From assembly GCA_965214095.1 (NCBI GenBank), contig OZ243938.1:1632001-1696000 (forward strand): a stretch of DNA of 64,000 nt. Direction: 5' to 3'. The translations under genes were made by a program, and so were the position numbers. Numbering within the stretch: position 1 is the stretch's first letter; each line of letters opens with the position of its first letter. Below, piece after piece: positions 32,152 through 40,974 of the stretch. The notes under the pieces were generated by a model. The model worked only from the letters and a program-made list of their open reading frames with translations. It ran no database searches and had not been told where the DNA came from. The stretch comes from Candidatus Poribacteria bacterium. Lineage in GTDB: Bacteria; Poribacteria; WGA-4E; WGA-3G.

Positions 32152-32886
32152 ATGGCATTAACAGAACAAGAAATGTTAGCAGAATTACGGAACTATGATA
32201 CACCTTCAATAACAAATGTGGTAGCAACTTATCCGGGGAACTCGCTTTGTCTTGGGTTATACAATCCGTGGACAGAGAATTGGTACACAGACACAACTAT
32301 CCGATGCATGTATCCAGAGTTAGGGGCAGTTGTAGGGTATGCTGTAACATGTGTCTAAGGTTTGCTAGACCCTGGATTTTCCGAACTTTCCTTTATGGAT
32401 GTTATTGATGCAATGGATGCCTCTAAAAAACCGACTATATTTGCCTTTCAACAGAAATTTCCACCTGAGTTAGCGAACAAAGTAGGATTAGCAGGGGGAA
32501 ACATGACAGCTGCTATGAAATCTGTGGGTTGCTTAGGGGCAATTTCAAACGGACCTTCACGTGACATTGATGAAATTCGTCCGATGGAATTTCAGTATCT
32601 GTTGAGCGGTATAAGTCCTGGACATGGCGGAATGGCGGTTCAAGCAGTTAATGTACCCGTTTCTATCGCAGGTATGGATGTTGCACCGGGTGAGATAATA
32701 CACATGGATGAAAATGGTGCATGCAAGTTCCCTGGTGACCAACTGGAAGCGGTGTTGACAAATGTTAAGGCATTGATAGCAGAGGAAGGGGATCGAATTG
32801 GACAATTGTTGTCAGGACCTAAATCAGCGAAACAGGTTCGAGCAATCTTCAGTGGACATACTTATTCCGAAGATGAGGATGAATAA
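32152..32886 (+). pseudogene. RraA/HMG-aldolase family gene with an in-frame TAA at 32356-32358
   Basis: DTPSITN..VGYAVTCV*GLLDP..GGNM..NGPSRDIDEI..PGEIIHMDENGA, one frame broken by a single stop. Confidence 0.8.
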
Positions 32887-33370
32887 TTGATGAGTTTGAC
32901 GGTATACCAACAAACGTTGTCAGTGAATTCCTACACACTCTCCGTTATGTTTATTTATCGGATGAACCAAGGGCAATTTATAGTGTTTGTATCGTTGGTG
33001 TAAAAAGCATCACACAACTTAACTATGATCGTTCAATCTCTATGCACATTTAGATCAATTCATCAGAACTATAAATGCTGGTATGTTCCTTGAAGTTCAA
33101 ACTGGACGAGGCAGGATAGACCTTATTATACTCTACAAATCTCGTAAATACATCGTAGAGACGAAAATATGGGAGGGTGATAGGTATTATCAAGCAGGTA
33201 AGAAGCAGCTGGCAGCGTATCTCAAATCGGAAAAAGTTGATGAGGGATACTATATCGTGTTTGATCACCGTACGCATCCAGAAGAGCGTGTTGAAACAGA
33301 GGAATTAGATGGTGTGTTAATACGAACAGATATCATTCCTGTCTTACAAGAAAAACCTTCATCTTTATAG
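32883..33370 (+). pseudogene. Remnant of an AAA-ATPase / PD-(D/E)XK nuclease gene
   Basis: 32883-33041 reads IIDEFDGIP..SVCIVGVKSITQLNYDRSIS (Walker B) without a start; it is joined to GRGRIDL..IVETK..GKKQLAAYL. Confidence 0.7.
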
Positions 33371-33390
33371 TGTGATTGAAGAATACCGAT

Positions 33391-34698
33391 TTATTTTGAA
33401 GTAAACCTGCTAACTCGGACTTGCCACAACCACCACAAAATGGCAGGAATAAGAGGAAGTGCGGTCATTCCCAATAAAACAAGACGAACCCCAAAGATAT
33501 CAATTAATGCCCCGACAGTTGCTGTAGCGATGCCACCCATCAGAGTAAACAGAGCAAACTCAGTGCCAAAGATTCGTCCTCTTATTTCGTTAGGAGCCTT
33601 CTGAAGAAGAAGCTGCGTTGAAAACACCCATGCAATACCGCCACCAACGCTCCGCACAAATCCACCAAATATAAAAACAGGAAAACTCAATAATGGGGCA
33701 GCGATCCCAAGTCCAATCGCACCTATCAGATATCCAAGACTGATACTCCTCCGAAGTGGTTTGTCTCGGTCACCAGTCCAAATCCTGGCAACAATGGGTC
33801 CTATACCGCTCCCAACTCCACCCATACAATACATCAGTCCAAGACTGATCGCACCATCAATTCCTATGATAAAGTGACTCTTTGCAATTTCAACCTGTGC
33901 AACCATAAATCCAGATGACAATAAGAGTGCTATAGCAGCCTTATGTAGTGTTATAAATAGAATATCTGGGTGTCTGGACATATAACCGAGTGCAGAAAAC
34001 CTTGAACGTTCCTGTAATGAAGTCTTGGATGTAAATTGTAATGGTAATTTAATCTGTGTGAGGAGACCAGCAGAAACGAAAAAGGTAAGTCCATCAATTA
34101 CAAATGCCGTATAAACACCAAAGAAACCTGCTGTGAACCCGCCGATTGCCGCGCCAAAAGCGAGCATGACAGACCACGTTGTCGCACTCAATGCATTGGC
34201 TGTACCAAGTTCATGATGAGCCGTAATATCCGGTAATATTGCACTACGAGCAGGACTGAAAAATCCGCTTACCCCAAATAGAAGTGTCGTGAGGACATAA
34301 AGCAGCCAAATATCATTTTTATCTCTGACAAAGAGATATCCGATAAGCAGTAATCCTCGGATGATGTCAGTGTAAATTAGAATATGTTTACGGTTATAGC
34401 GATCAGCACATATTCCCGCTAAAGGTGCGACAAAGAAAGGGGCAAGCATTCGAATTGTGAATAACACGCCTACTGCCAATCCAGAACCCGTAATTTTATG
34501 GATCAGTATTGCGGATGCGATGATATTGAACCAGTCCCCTAAGAGACTGACTAACTGTCCTGCCCACAGCCAACGAAAGTTAGAATTCGTTCGAAGTAGT
34601 TCAAAGTAACCTACAGTCTTATCTACTTTTACTGTCGTCCCTTTATTGTCAACGGACTTATCAGATGTCTCATCAGATGCATGGACTTTATCGGACAA
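33391..34698 (-). CDS. MFS transporter
   Basis: About 12 TM segments; LWAGQLVSLLGDW, ADRYNRK, RGRIFG. Confidence 0.92.
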   Translation of the reverse strand: MSDKVHASDETSDKSVDNKGTTVKVDKTVGYFELLRTNSNFRWLWAGQLVSLLGDWFNIIASAILIHKITGSGLAVGVLFTIRMLAPFFVAPLAGICADRYNRKHILIYTDIIRGLLLIGYLFVRDKNDIWLLYVLTTLLFGVSGFFSPARSAILPDITAHHELGTANALSATTWSVMLAFGAAIGGFTAGFFGVYTAFVIDGLTFFVSAGLLTQIKLPLQFTSKTSLQERSRFSALGYMSRHPDILFITLHKAAIALLLSSGFMVAQVEIAKSHFIIGIDGAISLGLMYCMGGVGSGIGPIVARIWTGDRDKPLRRSISLGYLIGAIGLGIAAPLLSFPVFIFGGFVRSVGGGIAWVFSTQLLLQKAPNEIRGRIFGTEFALFTLMGGIATATVGALIDIFGVRLVLLGMTALPLIPAILWWLWQVRVSRFTSK

Positions 34699-34957
34699 CT
34701 ATAACCCCCACCGTTCATTTATCTACGCCATCTAAATCAACTGTTGAGAGCATAGTGTCAGTATCGTCAAACACTTGTGGTTTTTTACCTGTTACCTCTT
34801 TGACGCGGTTGGCGAAGTTGTCTGCTTTATCTTTGATTGCCTCGCACATCGCAACGAGTTCTACTGTGTCGGGGACTGTGTTATGAATGGTAAGGTATGC
34901 GTTGAGATGACCGTTTGCCATGCCACCGCAACCAATAATCGCAATCCAAATTGGCAT
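34699..34957 (-). pseudogene. Internally deleted Gfo/Idh/MocA oxidoreductase
   Basis: N-terminal Rossmann IAIIGCGGMA..DGVD stops abruptly; a shifted frame reads INERWGL* ending right before the MFS start. Confidence 0.7.
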
Positions 34958-35074
34958 AAGTTTTCCTTTGGCTATTATGTGTATTATTCTGTGAGACATT
35001 ATGATATGAAACGGAATTAAGAATACCACAGATACGATTTTTATTTATCAAGGTATTTGATTAGTAAGTGTGTA

Positions 35075-35292
35075 ATACCAATTCTAAAAATGATTTTCGC
35101 TTTTTTATTTACGGTAAATTATTGAATTCGTTTTACACATTGCTGAGGCGAGGTTAGGAAACCTCGTCTACCGTTGATAGAAAGTGTAAATATAATTTTA
35201 TATGCTTCACCATAAATGTAAGAGGCGCAATGAATTGCACGACTACAAACCAGCTACTTCTTTAATGGTATGTTTTTAATTAGAAATGGTGT
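35075..35292. mobile_element. MITE/REPIN-like composite repeat with 13-bp terminal inverted repeats
   Basis: Ends ATACCAATTCTAA / TTAGAAATGGTGT; internal GTAG-type palindromes shared with 36188-36323, 38998-39043 and 58891-58960. Confidence 0.65.
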
Positions 35293-35438
35293 AACACTCC
35301 TGTCTTCGCAACTAACATTAGGTAATTCATGTTACAGCAAAACTGTTATTAAAACACTAAAAAGAATCGTAAGAATATCCTGTAAATTGAAGATTCTATG
35401 GAAGGAAGTAGTCTGATTGGAAAGATTTTGTTGAAATG

Positions 35439-35469
35439 GTGAGAGGTAAATATTTCAATTACCTCTCAC
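35439..35469 (-). terminator. Hairpin downstream of the sigma-region-4 gene
   Basis: GTGAGAGGTAA-loop-TTACCTCTCAC. Confidence 0.55.
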
Positions 35470-35499
35470 GATGATTAACTAATAACTTAATTTTTGTAG

Positions 35500-35874
35500 C
35501 TACGGATAGTGTATTCCCATTTTGCGGCACAGTTTACGTATTTTGTTAATAGCACCGCCGATTCTCCGGCCATCCCGGGTAACACCAAACAGATGTTGAC
35601 TGACAACTCTACGTGATATACCGAGTATATCCCCAATCTCATCCTGCGTTTTACCTTCATAGAAGTATAGTTGGACACAATCATTCTGACGCGCAGTGAG
35701 TTCTTTAGCAATAATCTGACGTATCTGTGATAAGACTTTTTGTCGTTTAACTTGACGGATCTTAGTGTATTCGTCAGTCGGGGGTTGATACCAGAGGTGG
35801 TCTTCCGTAGTTAATTGGTCAAAATATTCGGGTGCTACCGGAATTTCCCAGAAGTCGGGATTAAACTTGGACAT
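35500..35874 (-). CDS. Stand-alone sigma-70 region 4-like HTH DNA-binding protein
   Basis: ELTARQNDCVQLYFYEGKTQDEIGDILGISRRVVSQH; no region 2; GAGGAG RBS. Confidence 0.8.
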   Translation of the reverse strand: MSKFNPDFWEIPVAPEYFDQLTTEDHLWYQPPTDEYTKIRQVKRQKVLSQIRQIIAKELTARQNDCVQLYFYEGKTQDEIGDILGISRRVVSQHLFGVTRDGRRIGGAINKIRKLCRKMGIHYP

Positions 35875-35927
35875 AGATATCGACTCCTCTGTGTGAGGCG
35901 AGGTACCTATGCCATATCACATCAATA

Positions 35928-36005
35928 TTATGATAATGGACAGAGGCACCATCGCCTTAGACACAATAAGTTAGGATTAAGGGTGGTGTTGTTGTAAGAC
36001 ATCAT
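35928..36005 (-). CDS. Putative 25-aa leader or micro-peptide MMSYNNTTLNPNLLCLRRWCLCPLS
   Basis: AAGGAGG RBS shortly before the ATG; lies downstream of a consensus promoter and upstream of the HTH gene. Confidence 0.5.
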   Translation of the reverse strand: MMSYNNTTLNPNLLCLRRWCLCPLS

Positions 36006-36102
36006 AATGGTCCCTCCTTGTTTATTTAGTTAAATGTAAAAGTTATAAAGTAAATGGATGCCTACAGACATCCATGACATTTCATGTATGGACTATTCAT
36101 TA

Positions 36103-36131
36103 AGTATACAATATAGGTATAAAAATTGCAA
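36103..36131 (-). promoter_or_regulatory. Sigma70 promoter for the micro-peptide/HTH unit
   Basis: Minus strand TTGCAA-N17-TATACT. Confidence 0.65.
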
Positions 36132-36142
36132 ACTTTCTACTA

Positions 36143-36168
36143 ATACACAATTTTGGATGCACTTTTAA
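36143..36168. promoter_or_regulatory. Repeated 26-bp motif, copy 1
   Basis: ATACACAATTTTGGATGCACTTTTAA, identical to 36546-36571. Confidence 0.6.
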
Positions 36169-36187
36169 ATTCTACACCAAAAATATA

Positions 36188-36323
36188 ATACCATTTCTAA
36201 ATGATAATTTACCATTATAGAGACACGCGTTCGTAGTCGCGCAATTCCGCAATTCATTGCGCCTCGGACATTCACAAAACCTCGTAACTCTTCTAATGCG
36301 ACTTTATTTCTTAGAATTGGTAT
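36188..36323. mobile_element. MITE/REPIN-like element, second family member
   Basis: TIRs ATACCATTTCTAA / TTAGAATTGGTAT; internal GTAGTCGCGCAATT...CATTGCGCC. Confidence 0.65.
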
Positions 36324-36368
36324 AATAATATTCTATTGAAAGCGATTTGCAGAAATTGCAATGAAATG

Positions 36369-36453
36369 GGGACAGAGGATAAATCCTCTGTCCCGCCAGA
36401 AAGTGTGCGACACTTAGTGTCACACCATAGGGCGTAACACTAAGTGTCACACC
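36369..36453. repeat. Cluster of three palindromes
   Basis: Perfect GGGACAGAGGAT-AA-ATCCTCTGTCCC, plus two tandem ACACT-W-AGTGT palindromes. Confidence 0.6.
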
Positions 36454-36545
36454 TCCTCTGATTTGATAACATAACAAATACCTCCTTTTCCGCAATTCAG
36501 CGGCATTAGGATACCATTACCATTAAAAATGATAATGATTCACCT

Positions 36546-36571
36546 ATACACAATTTTGGATGCACTTTTAA
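36546..36571. promoter_or_regulatory. Repeated 26-bp motif, copy 2
   Basis: ATACACAATTTTGGATGCACTTTTAA. Confidence 0.6.
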
Positions 36572-36605
36572 CTGTATTACAGAAATATTTGGCATAAAGA
36601 GGTAT

Positions 36606-36887
36606 TTATGATCCTGGATTCCGCCAGACAATTCGTCCGCGAGTTAGATCGTAAGGAGAAAGTTCAACAGTAACTTGGTCACCTGGCAGCACCCAGATTT
36701 TGTGCTGCATCATCTTACCCGCAAGATATGCCACAACTTTGTGGTCATTTTCTGTCAACTCCACACTAAATAAGTTACCGGGCAGAGATTCCAAGACTAT
36801 TCCGGGGACACGAATTGCAGCATCTTTTGTTGTTTCAAGACCTTCTTCCAAATTTTCTTCATTCGCTTTTGTGTTTTTATCCCTCAT
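36606..36887 (-). CDS. infA: Translation initiation factor IF-1 (divergent, N-terminally extended)
   Basis: [18 protein letters not shown]...[24 protein letters not shown]; AAGGAG RBS. Confidence 0.9.
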   Translation of the reverse strand: MRDKNTKANEENLEEGLETTKDAAIRVPGIVLESLPGNLFSVELTENDHKVVAYLAGKMMQHKIWVLPGDQVTVELSPYDLTRGRIVWRNPGS

Positions 36888-37069
36888 TTTTCTACTCCTT
36901 CAATTTTCTATTGTGAACATTTCAATGACTTATTCTTGTATTATTGACGCTACTGGCACAATGGTAAGTAACCTGAGAACCTCACGAATATCAAATTTTC
37001 AATATTAATTATTTGGTTTTAGTATAAGTGCGTAGTATGAAAGTTATTAATTCTAATAATTTTGATTTA

Positions 37070-37090
37070 ACACTATATTGGATGCACTTT
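37070..37090. promoter_or_regulatory. Repeated motif, copy 3 (degenerate)
   Basis: ACACTATATTGGATGCACTTT. Confidence 0.5.
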
Positions 37091-37134
37091 ATTAATGTCC
37101 TGTTCAGTAATTAACGTAATGTTTGATATTAAAG

Positions 37135-37163
37135 TTGACATGCCGTGTAAAAGTTGATAAGAT
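37135..37163 (+). promoter_or_regulatory. Sigma70 promoter for the PhyH gene
   Basis: TTGACA-N17-TAAGAT. Confidence 0.6.
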
Positions 37164-37225
37164 ATATTGAAGTTGTTCCATACACCATAAGGGTTGAGTA
37201 ACAGTAACATGAAGGAGAAGACAAG

Positions 37226-38029
37226 ATGAGCCAAGGGTTACCGTTAATTGCATATCCTGATCTTGAAGACCAAGTCAAAGCGATGGAAGAAGATGGGTAT
37301 GCGTATTTGCCACAAGTTATCAATTCTGAAAAACTTGCAGAACTCCGTGAGGCGATGGATAAATTAACTGCAATTCCTGAGAGTTTTGATAAACATAGTG
37401 TTCCAGAAAATGGGAGCGGATTTCTCAATAAACATATCAATAACGCATTTAATCGCGATCCAGTATTCCTGAGTTACCTTGACAAACCCCCTGTCATTGA
37501 GTTAGCGGAAGCAGTGCATGGTGGTGATTGTCATGTGATTGGAATGACAGCTTGGATAACAGGACCTGGCCGTCCTGACCAAGGACTCCATATAGATTGG
37601 TTACCAATCCCACTTCCAGCAGATGTATTGGAAGACCCTCGAGTTAAAGTCCCGATATTCATCACAACTGCTCACTACTATCTTGATGACCTATATGAGG
37701 ATCTAGGTCCAACGAAGTTTGTGCCGGGTAGCCATCTTTCTGGACGTAGACCAGATGGCGACACGGAATGGAAAGGAGCAACAGAGAAGAGTATTCTCTG
37801 CAATGGTGGCGACGTTGTGATTTTTAGGAGTGAAGTCTGGCATAGAGGAACAGCAAACCGTAGCGACCAGACCCGTTATCTGTTGCAGGTCCATTACGCA
37901 AACCGTATGATAACACAGAAGTATCCACCCTATTTGAATCGGTTTCAATTTGACGCATCAATTTTAGAAGTGGCGACAGAACGTCAACAGCGACTGATGG
38001 GTAATCATCGTCCAGGTGCTTATGATTAG
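37226..38029 (+). CDS. Phytanoyl-CoA dioxygenase (PhyH) family protein
   Basis: LHID (HxD), GPTKFVPGSH, WHRGTAN..R. Confidence 0.92.
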   Translation: MSQGLPLIAYPDLEDQVKAMEEDGYAYLPQVINSEKLAELREAMDKLTAIPESFDKHSVPENGSGFLNKHINNAFNRDPVFLSYLDKPPVIELAEAVHGGDCHVIGMTAWITGPGRPDQGLHIDWLPIPLPADVLEDPRVKVPIFITTAHYYLDDLYEDLGPTKFVPGSHLSGRRPDGDTEWKGATEKSILCNGGDVVIFRSEVWHRGTANRSDQTRYLLQVHYANRMITQKYPPYLNRFQFDASILEVATERQQRLMGNHRPGAYD

Positions 38030-38070
38030 TATTACGGGGAAAACGCGATCGATGAGGACATCAGTACCAT

Positions 38071-38991
38071 TTGAATAGAAAAGAACCCATTGGGACATCA
38101 GTAAACCGACAGGTTATCAGCGAGGATCCTCACGGCAAGATAATCGCTCTCACTTTACTCCTTGCCTTTCTTTGGGGTGGAAATTCACTATCAATAAAAA
38201 TTGGTTTGGAAGACATGCCACCGATGGCATTGGCGTTTGTGCGCTTTGTTATCGGTTTGATTGTTGTTGGTGTGTGGTCGTTGTATCGCCGCGTTCCACT
38301 CGGATTAAAACGAGGGGACTTGTCCCAACTACTCCTCCTCACTGCGATTTTCATATCGCAAATCATCACACTTAACGTTGGCACCGTCTACACGACCGCT
38401 TCTCGTTCAACTATTTTTATTAATACCTACCCTTTTTTTACAGCCATATTTGCACATCTCTGGATACCAGGTGAGAAACTGTCGGTTACAAAGACCTTCG
38501 GGGTTATTGTTGCCTTTAGTGGGGTCTTTGTCACCGTCGCGCAGGATCTTGGCAGTGGTGAAATATCTCTCCTTGGTGATATATTGGTTCTTGTGAGTGG
38601 AGCATTTTTAGGTCTACGTGTTGTCGTGACGAAATTGTTAGTCCAATCCATTCACCCGTATCGTCTGTTGGTCTGGTACTTAGCCTTGAGTCTCCCTGTT
38701 TATGGTCTATTGAATGTACTATTTGAACGCGGAGCGACCTACGATTTAACACTTGATTGCAGTTTAGTACTTCTCTATCAAGGCGGTGTCATTGCTGGTT
38801 TCTGTTTCTTGGCTTGGACAGCAGTCCTTGAGAGATATAGTGCAAGTAAACTTGTTGTGTTCTTCTTTGCTACGCCGTTATCTGGTGTTCTGTTTAGTCA
38901 TCTGCTGTTAGGGGATAAGTTAACTTTTGAGCTATTAGTTGGTTCTGTTCTGGTGGCAGCTGGAATCTATCTGGTAAATCTGCAGCGTTGA
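38071..38991 (+). CDS. DMT/EamA-family transporter
   Basis: LWGGN, PPMALAFVRF, two EamA repeats with about 10 TM segments. Confidence 0.9.
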   Translation: MNRKEPIGTSVNRQVISEDPHGKIIALTLLLAFLWGGNSLSIKIGLEDMPPMALAFVRFVIGLIVVGVWSLYRRVPLGLKRGDLSQLLLLTAIFISQIITLNVGTVYTTASRSTIFINTYPFFTAIFAHLWIPGEKLSVTKTFGVIVAFSGVFVTVAQDLGSGEISLLGDILVLVSGAFLGLRVVVTKLLVQSIHPYRLLVWYLALSLPVYGLLNVLFERGATYDLTLDCSLVLLYQGGVIAGFCFLAWTAVLERYSASKLVVFFFATPLSGVLFSHLLLGDKLTFELLVGSVLVAAGIYLVNLQR

Positions 38992-39637
38992 ATTGGAATG
39001 TAAGAGGCGCGTGAATTACAAGCCTACTTCGTAAAATGGTATTGGATGACCATTTAGAACGGCAAACGGATTTGATTTGTATACTGTTTTATTCGTTCAT
39101 GTGCCAGTTTGATGTATTCTTCTGCAATATCGTATCCGACGTAGTGTCTATCGGATTTTGCGGCACTCAAACAGGTTGTCCCACTGCCACAAAATGGATC
39201 TAAAACGACATCGCTTTTGAAGGTGTATAACTGAATTAAACGGTGCGGAAGTTCTTCAGGAAACGGTGCGGGATGCCCTATACGTTTGGCAGATACAGAT
39301 GGAAATGTCCACACGCTTTTTGTCCACTCTAAGAAATCCTCTTTAGTAATGGAATTTTCCTTGTCGTTACGTTGTCGTGAAAAGGAGTCTTTTGAGAATA
39401 CGAGAATATATTCATGGACATCTCTGAGGACAGGATTTGCGGCAGATAGCCAACTCCCCCATGCCGTTGAACTACCCGCAGATGCAGCTTTGTCCCAGAT
39501 GATTTCTCCACGCATATAGTAACCTATTTCCAACATATCTTCTATGATGTGACTATGCAGCGGGATATACGGTTTACGTCCTAAATTCGCGATATTAATG
39601 CATGCCCTTCCACCTGTCACCAACTTCTTGTAGGTTT

Positions 39638-40637
39638 GAACTCATAGCGAGTAACATCTAAGCATCGTTGAAAGTTGCTCGAAAATTTATCATTGAATAT
39701 GCTAAATTACGAAAACCTAAACGTGTTTCTTTGAGTTTATCATAACTTAGAACGAGTCTTCGGTAAGTATCTTGCCACCCGAAAGTTCGCTCTACTTTAT
39801 ACCGGTCTTTGTATATATCTTTTCTAAACCACCGGAACTTGCGAGCGATAGCGATAGGTTCTTTAGTGTTTCGTTTGTTAGGGTAGATCACTGGGATCAG
39901 TCCTTGTTCTTTAATAATCTTATGATTCACCTTGGAATCAAAACCAGAATCCAGCGTTAGCGCGGAACCATCAAGTGCCATGCCAATCCGATTGCTGAAG
40001 GAGATGAGTTCGGTCAATGCCTCGGGCAAAATCGTTGTATCATGTTGGTTCACTGGTTTGAGGGTTATTGGACCAATGATAAAACCTTTATTGTCGGTGA
40101 TAGCCACCTCTTTTTCACCTTTTTGATGTTTATGACCTGAATACCCTATGGTGTCACCCCTTTTTTTACAACAGTGTTTGAACCATCACCATGTAAACAA
40201 GAGGTGTCAAGTTGATCACTATCATGAAGATGTATGACAGATGCTTCAAAAAGTTTCTCATAAGAACCATCTTTTGACCAACGATTATGCCATTTATAGA
40301 CGTTAGACCAATGGAGTTCATTACGCCGTGTGCGGAGTTGATCCCATTGAATACCGGTATGTAAAACATAGAGGATATAGTTGAATATCTTATAGAAAGA
40401 CAGTTTCGGTTTGGGACCTTTTATGCGTTTCTTTAGATGAGGTTTGATATAACGATTAAAATCCTTACGTGAAACCTGCTTCGGAATACCATTGTATCTG
40501 AGGGGCTCTTGAACCTTGTCTGCCATAACAACACCTTTCAATAAGTTATAGATATATGAAGTGAAAGAATAGGACATAAATAAACTCTTGTGTTTCCCTA
40601 TTATATAGCATTATTATGTTTTACTCAATATGAGTTC
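39638..40637 (-). mobile_element. IS5-family insertion sequence, 1000 bp
   Basis: 17-bp imperfect TIRs (GAACTCATAGCGAGTAA / GAACTCATATTGAGTAA); 3-bp TTT target duplication; two-ORF transposase. Confidence 0.92.
39658..40526 (-). CDS. IS5-family DDE transposase, probably expressed by -1 frameshift
   Basis: OrfA ILYVLHTGIQW..HGDGS; slippery A7G4 at 40157-40167; OrfB LDSGFDS..RYKVERTFGW..RRL. Confidence 0.85.
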
Positions 40638-40974
40638 TTTCAGCAAATACGTTACGTAAGAGTTCTCTATACTCGTCTAATGACAGGTCATCGTCGTATT
40701 CCTTTTTGGCGTTATATGGAGGCGATGTCACCATAAGATGAATGCTGCCATCAGGAATCTCTGACATTTTCTCGCTTGAAGCACAATAGAGTTGGTCAAG
40801 GTTTTCAGGTGGTATAGGGTTTTCTATCCACGTTTCGGGTTCAGGTGGTGCTTGGTTTGCGTAGAGTTTTCCCTTGTAGAATTCAGTGGAGTCGTGGTTG
40901 ATCCTTCCGGTAGTTCCGAAAGTACTTGTTTTTGTGCCTTGTTCCTGTGATTCTATATTTGGTTTATGCATAAT

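Larger units (their letters stand above)
39054..40971 (-). pseudogene. Site-specific N4/N6 DNA methyltransferase (beta class) disrupted by an IS
   Basis: 5' half VTSPPY..NVFAE; 3' half TYKKLVTGG..HPAPFPEEL..VLDPFCGSGTT. Removing 39638-40637 plus one TTT restores the frame. Confidence 0.93.

Noticed and set aside
32356-32358. Selenocysteine/pyrrolysine or alternative genetic code
   Set aside because: The codon is TAA, not TGA or TAG, and TAA terminates many genes in this window.
36304-36495. 63-aa minus-strand ORF
   Set aside because: It has a TTG start without an RBS and simply reads through the palindromes; the strong RBS points to the ATG at 36472 in another frame.
36143-37090. The three motif copies as CRISPR repeats
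   Set aside because: Spacing is about 400-500 bp and a gene lies between two copies.
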